Below, piece after piece: positions 29,637 through 39,023 of a DNA stretch of 64,000 nt. The stretch comes from Deferribacterales bacterium (GTDB taxonomy: Bacteria > Chrysiogenota > Deferribacteres > Deferribacterales > Geovibrionaceae). The number at the start of each line of letters is the position of its first letter. The stretch's first letter is position 1. The stretch covers positions 192,001-256,000 of the forward strand of contig JBFWJS010000004.1 of NCBI GenBank assembly GCA_050253075.1. Direction: 5' to 3'. The notes beneath the pieces were generated by a model, which was not told the DNA's origin, did no database searches, and saw only the letters and a list, made by a program, of their open reading frames with translations. Position numbers and translations under genes: made by a program.

Positions 29637-30896
29637 TTGAGCAGTTTTAACTACAAAGACGAAACCCTCTTTTGCGAGGGGGTATCACTGAAACAGATAG
29701 CCGAAGAGGTGGGGACACCTTTTTATGTATATAGCGCAAAAGAACTGCGCACACAGTATAATCATTTCTATAACGCTTTTAAACACGCCGACCGCATAGT
29801 ATGCTTCGCCGTGAAAGCATGCGGAAACATAGGCGTGCTGTCTCTCCTCGGTGCCGAGGGGTGCGGTGCGGATATCGTATCGGGCGGAGAGCTCCACAGA
29901 GCGCTCAAAGCCGGGATAGACAACAGCAAGATAGTCTTCGCAGGGGTTGGCAAACAGCCCCACGAGATAAGATACGGCATAGACTCAAATATCCTGATGT
30001 TCAATGTTGAATCCCGTCAGGAGATGGATCTCATCAACGAGATAGCAGGCGAAATGGGTAAAAAGGCACGCATAGCCATACGTGTGAACCCGAACGTGGA
30101 TGCTAAGACACATCCATACATCTCCACAGGGCTGAAAAAGAATAAATTCGGCATCCCCGCTGAGATAGTCACCGAAGAATACATCTATGCATCAAAACTG
30201 CCGAACATTGAGCCCGTTGGGATACACTGCCACATAGGCTCACAGCTAACAGACATAGCTCCTTTCAGAGACGCCACAGAGATACTGGTAAACCTCGTGA
30301 AGGATCTGCGTAAAAATAAGATAAACATAAGATACCTCGACCTCGGCGGAGGGCTGGGCATAAGATATAATGCAGAAAACCCGCCGAACCACAACGAATA
30401 CGCAGCAGCTATATGCGAAGCCGTTAAGGGCGAAGACCTCACGCTGATATTCGAACCGGGGAGAAACATAGCGGGCAACTCAGGTGCGCTCATCACAAAG
30501 GTGCTCTATACCAAAGACACCGAGGAGAAGCACTTTAAGATCGTCGATGCCGCCATGAACGACCTCGCCAGACCGTCTCTTTACGACTCTTACCACGAGG
30601 TAAAAGCTGTCGAAAAAACAGACAAGACCATCAAGGGCGACATAGTCGGCCCCATATGCGAATCGAGCGACTTCCTCGCTAAAGACAGAGAGCTCCCCGA
30701 CATAGACAGAGACGGACTGTACGCTCTTATGTCTGCAGGCGCATACGGCATGACAATGTCCTCAAACTATAATTCACGCCCGAGAGCTCCCGAAATACTT
30801 GTGGACGGAGAGAATTATCATATAGTAAGAAGACGTGAGATATATAACGACCTCACGGGGCCGGAGATGGTTCCTGAGTATCTGAGGAAACAATGA
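29637..30896 (+). CDS. lysA: Diaminopimelate decarboxylase
   Basis: TPFYVYS, FAVKA, HCHIGSQ, EPGR, GPICESSD, GAYG. TTG start after GGGAGG. Confidence 0.96.
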   Translation: MSSFNYKDETLFCEGVSLKQIAEEVGTPFYVYSAKELRTQYNHFYNAFKHADRIVCFAVKACGNIGVLSLLGAEGCGADIVSGGELHRALKAGIDNSKIVFAGVGKQPHEIRYGIDSNILMFNVESRQEMDLINEIAGEMGKKARIAIRVNPNVDAKTHPYISTGLKKNKFGIPAEIVTEEYIYASKLPNIEPVGIHCHIGSQLTDIAPFRDATEILVNLVKDLRKNKINIRYLDLGGGLGIRYNAENPPNHNEYAAAICEAVKGEDLTLIFEPGRNIAGNSGALITKVLYTKDTEEKHFKIVDAAMNDLARPSLYDSYHEVKAVEKTDKTIKGDIVGPICESSDFLAKDRELPDIDRDGLYALMSAGAYGMTMSSNYNSRPRAPEILVDGENYHIVRRREIYNDLTGPEMVPEYLRKQ

Positions 30897-31705
30897 ACAT
30901 ACCATTTTACAAAATGAGCGGTGCCGGAAACGACTTCATCTTCATAGACAACCGTGACGGCAAAGCAAACGGCATAGACAGACAGACACTAGTGACCAAA
31001 GCATGTGCGAGAAATATCTCCGCAGGTGCAGACGGCATGATGCTGATAGAGAACTCCGACAAGGCAGACTTCAAATGGCGCTTTTACAACTGCGACGGCT
31101 CCGAGGCGGAGATGTGCGGTAACGGAGCGAGGTGCGCAGGCAGATTTGCCTATCTGAACGGCATAGCGGGCAAGACCATGAGGTTCGAAACCCTCGCAGG
31201 CATCATAGAGGCAGAGGTAAAGGACGGGGTGAATGTTAAAGTTCAGCTCACCGAGCCAATCAACAAACGTGAAAATTATCAGATAAAACTCGACGGAGAA
31301 ACTCTCAGCGTCGACAGTATAAATACGGGCGTCCCCCACGCTGTCATGTTCACCGACAGCATAGAGGAGCTCGATGTTATGAAATACGGCAGCGGTATTC
31401 GTTATCACGACGAATACAAGCCTGCGGGCACCAACGCAAACTTCTGTAAGATGCTTGACGACGGGTTCCTGCGGGTTCGCACCTATGAAAGAGGGGTGGA
31501 AGGCGAAACGATGGCATGCGGAACAGGATGTGTGGCGAGTGCTATCTTTGCCGTTGGTAAGGGACTGGCTCAAAGCCCTGTGAAATGCAGGACCACAAGC
31601 GGTCTTATCCTCACCGTTTATCTTGAAAAAGGCAAAGTTTATCTTGAAGGTGAGGCGAGAGTGGTTTATAAAGGTGAACTTACTGAAGAAGCTATAAACT
31701 ATTAA
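30893..31705 (+). CDS. dapF: Diaminopimelate epimerase
   Basis: GAGNDF, EMCGNGARC, RTYERGVEGETMACGTG. Confidence 0.96.
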   Translation: MNIPFYKMSGAGNDFIFIDNRDGKANGIDRQTLVTKACARNISAGADGMMLIENSDKADFKWRFYNCDGSEAEMCGNGARCAGRFAYLNGIAGKTMRFETLAGIIEAEVKDGVNVKVQLTEPINKRENYQIKLDGETLSVDSINTGVPHAVMFTDSIEELDVMKYGSGIRYHDEYKPAGTNANFCKMLDDGFLRVRTYERGVEGETMACGTGCVASAIFAVGKGLAQSPVKCRTTSGLILTVYLEKGKVYLEGEARVVYKGELTEEAINY

Positions 31706-31720
31706 CTTTTTTAACTAATA

Positions 31721-31784
31721 GTCATCCTGAACATTTATGTGAAGGATCTGAAACCCACAGATTTTTCACTCTGCTCAGAATGAC
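31721..31784. repeat. REP-like palindromic element (GTCAT...ATGAC)
   Basis: GTCATCCTGA pairs with TCAGAATGAC; inner GTGAAGGATCTG pairs with CAGATTTTTCAC. Confidence 0.65.
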
Positions 31785-31820
31785 CCAATGAATATAGATA
31801 CGGAATTTGGAGGCAAATAT

Positions 31821-32693
31821 ATGTTTAACGGAAGTTACGTTGCCATAGTCACGCCATTTCTCGATGGAAAAGTAGACGAGGCGACACTCAGAAAACTGGT
31901 TGACTACCAGATCGAAAAAGGGACAGACGGCATTGTGCCATGCGGTACATCAGGCGAGTCTGCCACACTCACACACGAAGAACACTGTCAGGTCATCGAC
32001 ATAGTCATCGACCAGACAAAAGGCCGTGTACCCGTTGTTGCGGGCGCAGGCTCAAACTCCACACACGAGACAGTTTTCCTTACAGAGCACGCCAAGAAGG
32101 CAGGAGCCGACGGTGCGCTTCTCATCACACCTTACTACAATAAACCTTCTCAGGAAGGACTTTATAAACATTATAAATATGTCGCAGAGAGAGTGGACAT
32201 CCCGATAATAATGTATAACGTTCCGGGACGTACTGCTTGTAACATGCTCCCCGACACAGTTATAAAACTCTCCCAGATACCTAACATCGTATCTGTCAAA
32301 GAGGCGAGCGGCTCTATGGATCAGGCGGCAGAGATCATCAGCAACACAGCCGACGATTTCGGTCTCCTCGCAGGCGAAGATTCGCTTATCTTCCCTCTCC
32401 TCTCCATCGGCTCTAACGGTGTGATATCCGCATCCGTTAACGCATGCCCTGCGCTGGTAGCTGAGATGTACGATGCTTTCGCAGCGGGTAATCTTGAAAG
32501 AGCAAAAGAGCTTCACTTTAAGCTCCTCCCTCTTTTCAACTCATTCTTTATGGAAACAAACCCTGTGCCTGTTAAAAAAGCTCTCGAGCTTATGGGGCTC
32601 ATCGGACCGGAGGTCAGACTGCCTCTCGTAGAGATGACACCTGAAGGCACTGCGAAGATGAAAGCCGTAATGGAGCAGGTCGGCATATTATGA
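31821..32693 (+). CDS. dapA: 4-hydroxy-tetrahydrodipicolinate synthase
   Basis: GTSGESATL, PYYNKP, YNVPGRT, KEASG, NPVPVK. Confidence 0.96.
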   Translation: MFNGSYVAIVTPFLDGKVDEATLRKLVDYQIEKGTDGIVPCGTSGESATLTHEEHCQVIDIVIDQTKGRVPVVAGAGSNSTHETVFLTEHAKKAGADGALLITPYYNKPSQEGLYKHYKYVAERVDIPIIMYNVPGRTACNMLPDTVIKLSQIPNIVSVKEASGSMDQAAEIISNTADDFGLLAGEDSLIFPLLSIGSNGVISASVNACPALVAEMYDAFAAGNLERAKELHFKLLPLFNSFFMETNPVPVKKALELMGLIGPEVRLPLVEMTPEGTAKMKAVMEQVGIL

Positions 32694-33496
32694 GCCTTAT
32701 AAAGATAGCCGTTGTCGGCGCCGCAGGAAAGATGGGAAGACGCATAGTCTCTCTCATCACAGAAGATGCGAGATGCGAAGTCGCAGGTGCGCTTGAATAC
32801 TCCGCATGTCCTTTCATCGGGCATGATGCGGGTGAAGTTGCGGGCTGCGGTAAACTCGGCGTAGAGATAACAGCCGACATAGACAAGGCTTTCGAAGGAT
32901 GCGATGTTTTCATCGACTTCACAGGTGCAGAGCCCACAATGGCAAATCTGCCGAAATATGCGAAAGCAGGCCTCCCTGCCGTTATAGGCAGCACAGGCAT
33001 AACATCCGAGCAGGCTAAAGAGCTGGAAAAGCTCTCCGCAGGCTTCCCTGTACTCTTCTCTCCTAACATGAGCGTGGGCGTAAACCTCACTTTCAAGATA
33101 CTGGAGATGGTGACAAAGGTCATCGGTGAGGACTGGGACATAGAGATAATAGAAGCTCACCACCGTATGAAGAAAGACGCTCCGAGCGGAACAGCAATGC
33201 GCATGGGCGAGGTTATCGCTAATGTGCTCGGACGTGATATAGAGAAAGACGGCGCATACTGCCGTCACGGTCTCATAGGAGAACGTACCGACAAAGAGAT
33301 CGGCATGCAGACACTCCGTGCGGGCGACATAGTCGGTGAACATACTGCTATGTTCTGTACAAACGGCGAGCGCATTGAGATCACTCACAGAGCCCACACC
33401 AGAGACATGTTTGCCAAAGGCGCAATATCCGCTGCCTGCTGGCTGCACGGAAAGCCGAAGGGTTTCTACAACATGTTCGATGTTCTCGGCTTCTAA
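32690..33496 (+). CDS. dapB: 4-hydroxy-tetrahydrodipicolinate reductase
   Basis: GAAGKMG; EAHHRMKKDAPSGTA; RAGDIVGEH. Confidence 0.96.
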   Translation: MSLIKIAVVGAAGKMGRRIVSLITEDARCEVAGALEYSACPFIGHDAGEVAGCGKLGVEITADIDKAFEGCDVFIDFTGAEPTMANLPKYAKAGLPAVIGSTGITSEQAKELEKLSAGFPVLFSPNMSVGVNLTFKILEMVTKVIGEDWDIEIIEAHHRMKKDAPSGTAMRMGEVIANVLGRDIEKDGAYCRHGLIGERTDKEIGMQTLRAGDIVGEHTAMFCTNGERIEITHRAHTRDMFAKGAISAACWLHGKPKGFYNMFDVLGF

Positions 33497-33517
33497 ATAT
33501 TTAAGTAAATCTACTTC

Positions 33518-33555
33518 AAGGCCGACCTTAGTTTAAAACTTTGGTCGGCTTTTTT
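33518..33555 (+). terminator. Intrinsic terminator after dapB
   Basis: GGCCGACC...GGTCGGCT stem followed by a T run. Confidence 0.75.
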
Positions 33556-33667
33556 ATTTGTTAAAATCTTTAACATTTACCTAAAATAACAACTACTTAT
33601 AAAATTTAGTTTTGTAAAATAACTTTACATATTGTTACGGACAATATTCGTCTTATTATAAATTACA

Positions 33668-33870
33668 GATGAAGGGTTCTGCACTCTAAGCCAAAGAAGC
33701 AAAAGTCGGATGACCGACTGGACTCCTTTATCGAATTGCTGGAGCCACATTAAGACTCAGGCGCCGGGAATTAGTGATTTATTGGCACCAGTAGGTGTGA
33801 TCACAGAGTATTTGTCTCAGTGGGACAACCAAACTATGGTCGGGCGGCTATACACCGTCCGGCCTTTTTA
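33668..33870 (+). ncRNA. Free-standing structured RNA, possibly 6S-like
   Basis: GC-richer structured island after an AT-rich promoter-like stretch (TATAAA near 33657). CTGGAGCCA/TGGCACCAG helix, end-to-end complementarity, and a 3' 10-bp hairpin plus TTTTT. Ends approximate. Confidence 0.5.
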
Positions 33871-33986
33871 TTCCCTTAACAGGACAAACACATTAGAAAA
33901 TTCTATTTGGCGAGTGGCTGAAACGGCGGAATAACCGCCGAAAGGATATTAAAAAAACTTAGTGATTAGCCTGAAAGTGCAGTCTT

Positions 33987-34814
33987 CTAGTTTCGGCTGA
34001 GTATGATGACAGTGGACTCGTGACCGAAGCGTTCGGCATAGTCCTTTGCGGTATTGCCCAGGCTGTCTGTTAGGTTCTTGTCCCCGCCGATACCGATAAG
34101 CCCGAGAACTATCCTCGCATATCCCCTCTCTGCGGCATACATCATGGCTGTGCGCCCCTGATTATCCTGAAGGTTTGGCTTGGCTCCATGCTCGAGCATG
34201 ATGTTTATCATCTGCTCATAGCCGTATCTGGCGGCCTGCATGAGAGGCGTCACGCCTTCAGAGTTCGCCTTGTTCGGGTCTGCCCCCCTTTCGAGAAGCA
34301 TGGCTGCGATGGCTTCCTGTCTCTGCCTTGCGGCGTTTGATGTGGGTGTCACCCCGTCTTCGTTTGCAATGTCGGGGTCTGCCCCGTTTATGAGAAGTGC
34401 GTTCACGATGTCTGCGTTCCCACGCATTACAGCGAGGTTCAGTGCCGTGTTGCCGTATTTATCCTGAAAATTTATATCTGCGCCCTGACGTACGAGTTTT
34501 TTGAGAGATTCCGCATCTCCGCTCTGTGCTGCGTTCAGCATGCCTTCGCTCTTCTGCTCTCTCTCGCTGGGTTGTGGAGGTGTTGTGACGGCTGCGTTGT
34601 TGCTGACATTATTAGATCCTGAAACGATGTCCGTGGATGGAGCCTGTGCGGGCTCGCCCTCGGGTGCATCTGTGCGTGCCTTTGGTCTCCAGTCGGGATA
34701 TATCACCTGCATTATCTTATCGACGATAATGGGGTCAGACATTCTGGAATCCGCAATCATAAAAATAATAATGCTGCCCAGCAGGACAACCAACAGAGCA
34801 ATAATGGTCTTCAT
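33987..34814 (-). CDS. Membrane-anchored ankyrin-repeat protein
   Basis: N-terminal hydrophobic segment; repeated G.TAL/TPL...A...G units. Confidence 0.9.
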   Translation of the reverse strand: MKTIIALLVVLLGSIIIFMIADSRMSDPIIVDKIMQVIYPDWRPKARTDAPEGEPAQAPSTDIVSGSNNVSNNAAVTTPPQPSEREQKSEGMLNAAQSGDAESLKKLVRQGADINFQDKYGNTALNLAVMRGNADIVNALLINGADPDIANEDGVTPTSNAARQRQEAIAAMLLERGADPNKANSEGVTPLMQAARYGYEQMINIMLEHGAKPNLQDNQGRTAMMYAAERGYARIVLGLIGIGGDKNLTDSLGNTAKDYAERFGHESTVIILSRN

Positions 34815-35032
34815 ATTTTCCTCACACCGTATCTTACTAAAAATAAAATGAATTTAAAAGCCCGTTATTTACATCAGGCACTTACCTATTGATTTTTTAC
34901 CTTAAATATATTAAACCTCATCTCACGGAATCAGTTTCCTTAGAATAGAAATGTTCGAAGGGTACCTATCACCTGGCCTGCCTTAATCATCGACGACCAT
35001 CTGATATCTACCTAACCTACGGGTGGTGTGTA

Positions 35033-36691
35033 ATGGGTTTTATATTTAATCCGGCTCTGTTTAAAGAGCTGCGGAACGGTTATTCAGTAAATAAATTGTC
35101 TCAGGATGTTGTAGCGGGAATAATAGTGGGCATAGTCGCCCTCCCCCTTGCTATAGCCTTTGCCATTGCTTCTGGCGTGTCGCCTCAGCAGGGTATATAT
35201 ACGGCTGTGGTGGCGGGCTTTGCCATCAGCTTTTTCAGCGGCAGTAAATTTCAGATAGGCGGCCCTACGGGGGCATTCATCGTGGTGGTCTTAAAGATAG
35301 TCACCGACCACGGATACAGCGGTCTCGCTATGGCTACGCTCATGGCGGGCTTCTTCCTCATACTCATGGGGCTGGCTAAGATGGGGAACGTCATAAAATT
35401 CATCCCATACCCTATGACAGTGGGCTTCACGGCGGGTATCGCCCTTATAATAGCCATCACACAGGTCAAAGACCTCTTCGGGCTGACCCTTGCGTCTGCT
35501 CCCGAGGGGCTCATCGACAGGATAGAGATATATGTGGAATCCGCATCTACTGTGAACTGGTACTCTTTCGCACTCGCGGCTTTCTGCATATTTGTGATAC
35601 TCACATTCGGCAAGATCACGAGGAAAGTGCCCGGCTCGATAATAGCGATAATAGTTTCCACCGTTATAGTGCAGATGTTCGACATACCCGTGGAGACCAT
35701 AGGCTCACTCTTCGGCGATATACCGAGAGGTCTGCCGAAGCCTTCAATACCTGAATTCAGCCTGAGCCGTGTGCCTGACCTTATAGGCCCGGCGCTGACG
35801 ATAACGATACTCGGTGCAATAGAATCCCTTCTCTCTGCCGTCGTCGCCGACGGTATGAAGGGGACAAGGCACTGCTCCAACACTGAGCTGATCGGACAGG
35901 GGATAGCTAACATCCTCTCGCCTATATTCAGCGGTATCCCCGCTACAGGCGCAATAGCCAGAACAGCCACAAACATAAAGAACGGTGCATGCACCCCTGT
36001 TTCAGGTATTGTCCATGCGGCTACGCTCTTTACCATACTTATATTCTTTTCAGGATATGCAAAGATGATACCTATGGCATCGCTGGCTGCCGTACTGCTG
36101 GTGGTGGCGTATCACATGAGCGAGTGGAAACACTTCCTTAAACTGATGAAATCCCCAGCAACGGATATACTCGTCATGGTGGCTACATTCCTGCTGACGG
36201 TGTTCGTAGACCTCACCATAGCCATACAGGTGGGCGTTGTGCTCTCTGCCCTGCTCTTCATGAACAGGATGTCCGCCACGACAGACGCACACTACATCAG
36301 GGGATATTCCTCTGACACCCATAAAGATAATAATGATATAGACCCGTCCTCACTGCCTGAGGGGGTAGATGTTTTCGAGATACACGGCCCATTCTTCTTC
36401 GGTGCTGCGAACCACTTCAAAGACACCATAAGCATAGTGGAGAAACCGCCGAAGGTGCTGATACTACGCATGAGGCATATCAACATGATAGACGCAACAG
36501 CCATGCGGGCTCTGGAGGACGTGATAGAAAAGGCATCGTCTGAAAAGACAACGCTGATGTTCTCCGGTGTCAGTAAAGAGCTTATGGCAGTGCTGAAAAA
36601 GTCAGGAATAGATAAAAAGATCGGCACAGAGAACATATTCCCGCATATTAACGATGCTCTCACAGCGGCAGAATACTTAGTCAGATCATAA
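35033..36691 (+). CDS. SulP/SLC26 anion permease with STAS domain
   Basis: PLAIAFAIASG, QIGGPTGAF, ESLLSA, PATGAIARTA; STAS GPFFFG and IDATA. Confidence 0.93.
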   Translation: MGFIFNPALFKELRNGYSVNKLSQDVVAGIIVGIVALPLAIAFAIASGVSPQQGIYTAVVAGFAISFFSGSKFQIGGPTGAFIVVVLKIVTDHGYSGLAMATLMAGFFLILMGLAKMGNVIKFIPYPMTVGFTAGIALIIAITQVKDLFGLTLASAPEGLIDRIEIYVESASTVNWYSFALAAFCIFVILTFGKITRKVPGSIIAIIVSTVIVQMFDIPVETIGSLFGDIPRGLPKPSIPEFSLSRVPDLIGPALTITILGAIESLLSAVVADGMKGTRHCSNTELIGQGIANILSPIFSGIPATGAIARTATNIKNGACTPVSGIVHAATLFTILIFFSGYAKMIPMASLAAVLLVVAYHMSEWKHFLKLMKSPATDILVMVATFLLTVFVDLTIAIQVGVVLSALLFMNRMSATTDAHYIRGYSSDTHKDNNDIDPSSLPEGVDVFEIHGPFFFGAANHFKDTISIVEKPPKVLILRMRHINMIDATAMRALEDVIEKASSEKTTLMFSGVSKELMAVLKKSGIDKKIGTENIFPHINDALTAAEYLVRS

Positions 36692-36701
36692 TCCGGTTCA
36701 T

Positions 36702-36731
36702 AAAAAAAGCCGTCTCAAACGAGACGGCTTT
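36702..36731. terminator. Bidirectional terminator
   Basis: AAAAAAAGCCGTCTC-AAAC-GAGACGGCTTT between convergent genes. Confidence 0.8.
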
Positions 36732-36754
36732 ATCATTATAACTATCAGTTATTA

Positions 36755-39004
36755 TTAGAAATCGCGTGATACAACCACAACACCTTTGGCGATGTTTGCG
36801 GATGTCTCTGCACCGGCATACTCTGCACCTTCACCTGCGAGAACTTCTTTCTCAATAGGGAAGAAATACTCTCTGCTCTCTGCTGTGGCAGCGAGGAAAG
36901 ATTTAGCAGTGATGATGTTCGCATGGTAGCGTGGGTTCATGTATGTTACACATGTTTTTGCAGCAGGCTTGCTGTATGTGTAGCTTGTGGCGTTCCATGT
37001 GTTTGACTTAGCCTTAACAACTGAGCCGTCCACTTCGGAGTAGTCAACAGCAGGGAAGCCGTTCTTGCCCGCTACGTCTCCGTGGAATGTCTCAAAAGCA
37101 CATGCCGTGATGGTCTGTCCCGCCATTCCGCCGAGCATAGATGCAGTCTGTACATGTGTCTTCTGTGTGCCTTTCGCTTCGACTATTTTCTCAAGAGCTA
37201 CGAGTCTGCCGTCGAGAGTCGTGAATGTTCCGACTGTTTCGAGTGCATCCTTCACAGGGATAATGACGTCAGCCATTGCCGCTGTGCCTGTTTTGAAGAT
37301 GTCTGCTGCGATGTATGTTCCCGCTTTAGCGAAAGCGGATTCGAGTTTCTTAGCTTTGTCACAGTTAGGCTGTGCGTTGTATCCTGCTGTGATGAGCAGT
37401 TTGATGCTGCCTGCCGTGAGCTCTTCGGTAAGTTTCTCGGCTGTGTAGCCTGTGCGTACAAAGCCGTTTACCACTGCGCCCATGTAGTTGACCTGATCGT
37501 TTACAACGAATACGGATTTCAGCTTTTCCTGACCTATGAAGTCGCAGAAAGCGAGAACAGCATCGGCATCTGTGCCGGACTGGATGTATTCGTCACCGAT
37601 GATGACAGAAACCTTTTTCACTCTTGCGAGGTTAGCAGGAACATAAAGGTTGCGGTCGTTCTCTACATCGAAAACGTTAGGGTTAGGACGGTCAGCTTTT
37701 GGTGCAGGAGCATCTTTCTTAAGCTCTTCGAGTGCACCTGCGAAATCGCCGTACTCAGCCATTACAGTCTTTGTTGTAAAGAGGTCGTACTCGTACTTTT
37801 TAAGACCGGCAACATAGAGCTTCGCATCGTTGTGTACGATGGCGTTCATTATCTTATGCTTCACGCCTACTGCCTCTCTGCGGAGGTCAGAGCCGATGAC
37901 AAAGATGATGTCGGAATCTTTGATGTCTTCAAGTGTTCCGATGTTTTCCATTGTGCCGAATTTAGCAGAGTATTTATCGTAGAAAGAGCCGAGGAGCATG
38001 TCTGTATCGGATACTATCTTAGAAGATCCGAGACCTGCCATCAGCTTTTTATATGCTGCGAATGCCTCGTTTGTGAGTGTGCTGCCTGCTACGAGTGCAA
38101 CTTCGTCACCTTTAACGCCTGCGAGCTTATCTTTGAGAAGTGTCTGAACCTCTTCCCAGTTTGTCTCTGTCAGGCTGCCGCCGTTCTTAACCATAGGGTT
38201 GAGAGCTCTGTCGGCTGACTCGAGGTATTTGAAAGCAAATCTGTCCTGAGCGGAAATCTGACCGTTGCCGACAGCTTTTGCTCTGAGGACTTTGCCGTCC
38301 TTTGTGCCGTATTCCACAGCGCATCCGTCAGGGGAGAAGACAGAGGAAGTAACTTTCTCGTCCAGATCCCAGACTCTGGCTGCGTGGTGAAACTGAGCGT
38401 CAAGGAGAGCACCCACAGGACATCTGTCGATACAAGTACCGCAGAAGTCGCATGCGAGAGTGTCGCCCTTTGAAGGGACAACGTGGTTATAAAAGCCTCT
38501 GTCGTCCATAGCGAGGGCAGAGCATCCTGTCATCTCGTGGCAGGATTTCATACACTTTTCGCAGAGAACACAAAGGTTTGAGTTATATACTATTTTATTC
38601 CATTTAACGATAGGCTCGGCAGGTTTTTCAGATGTTACCATCTCTTCTCTCATGCCGAACTCGAAAGCAGTATCCTGAAGCTCGCACTCGCCTGCCTTGT
38701 CGCATATAGGGCAGTCAAGGGGGTGCTTGATGAGGATAAAGTCGAGCATATCCTTTCTGTTTTTCCAGACGTAGTCGTTGTCTGTTTCGATCTTCATACC
38801 GTCTTTTGCGTATGTAACGCAAGCGGCCTGAAGTCTAGCAGCACCGTCAACCTGCACGAGGCAGAGTCTGCATGCGCCTGTAGGAGTGACATCCTTCAGG
38901 TAGCAGAGGGTCGGTATATGGATACCGTTTCTTTCGGCGATGTCGAGAATGGATTCGCCTTCGTCGAAAGAGTAGGAATTGTTATTTATGATTATTTCAG
39001 CCAT
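36755..39004 (-). CDS. NuoG/FdhA-fold Fe-S oxidoreductase alpha subunit (SfrA-like)
   Basis: IPTLCY...GACRLC; HPLDCPICDKAGEC; CVLCEKC; CDFCGTC; divergent molybdopterin-oxidoreductase-like C-terminus. Confidence 0.8.
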   Translation of the reverse strand: MAEIIINNNSYSFDEGESILDIAERNGIHIPTLCYLKDVTPTGACRLCLVQVDGAARLQAACVTYAKDGMKIETDNDYVWKNRKDMLDFILIKHPLDCPICDKAGECELQDTAFEFGMREEMVTSEKPAEPIVKWNKIVYNSNLCVLCEKCMKSCHEMTGCSALAMDDRGFYNHVVPSKGDTLACDFCGTCIDRCPVGALLDAQFHHAARVWDLDEKVTSSVFSPDGCAVEYGTKDGKVLRAKAVGNGQISAQDRFAFKYLESADRALNPMVKNGGSLTETNWEEVQTLLKDKLAGVKGDEVALVAGSTLTNEAFAAYKKLMAGLGSSKIVSDTDMLLGSFYDKYSAKFGTMENIGTLEDIKDSDIIFVIGSDLRREAVGVKHKIMNAIVHNDAKLYVAGLKKYEYDLFTTKTVMAEYGDFAGALEELKKDAPAPKADRPNPNVFDVENDRNLYVPANLARVKKVSVIIGDEYIQSGTDADAVLAFCDFIGQEKLKSVFVVNDQVNYMGAVVNGFVRTGYTAEKLTEELTAGSIKLLITAGYNAQPNCDKAKKLESAFAKAGTYIAADIFKTGTAAMADVIIPVKDALETVGTFTTLDGRLVALEKIVEAKGTQKTHVQTASMLGGMAGQTITACAFETFHGDVAGKNGFPAVDYSEVDGSVVKAKSNTWNATSYTYSKPAAKTCVTYMNPRYHANIITAKSFLAATAESREYFFPIEKEVLAGEGAEYAGAETSANIAKGVVVVSRDF

Positions 39005-39023
39005 TTTTATCTACTCCGCTCGC

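Noticed and set aside
33668..33870. Riboswitch (lysine, c-di-GMP-I, ykkC, glmS, SAM)
   Set aside because: Only fragmentary resemblance, core consensus blocks are missing, and there is no downstream gene on the same strand.
33710..33934. 74-aa ORF in the dapB-ankyrin gap
   Set aside because: No RBS or recognisable motif, and it crosses a strong terminator hairpin. An RNA explanation fits better.
34950..35032. Ion-sensing riboswitch in the SulP leader
   Set aside because: I could not build a convincing fold or match a known consensus by eye. An Rfam scan would be needed.
37082..38218. Long antisense ORFs (also 25699-26619, 32513-33448 and many opposite the adhesin)
   Set aside because: Shadow frames of well-supported genes, with no motifs or RBS.
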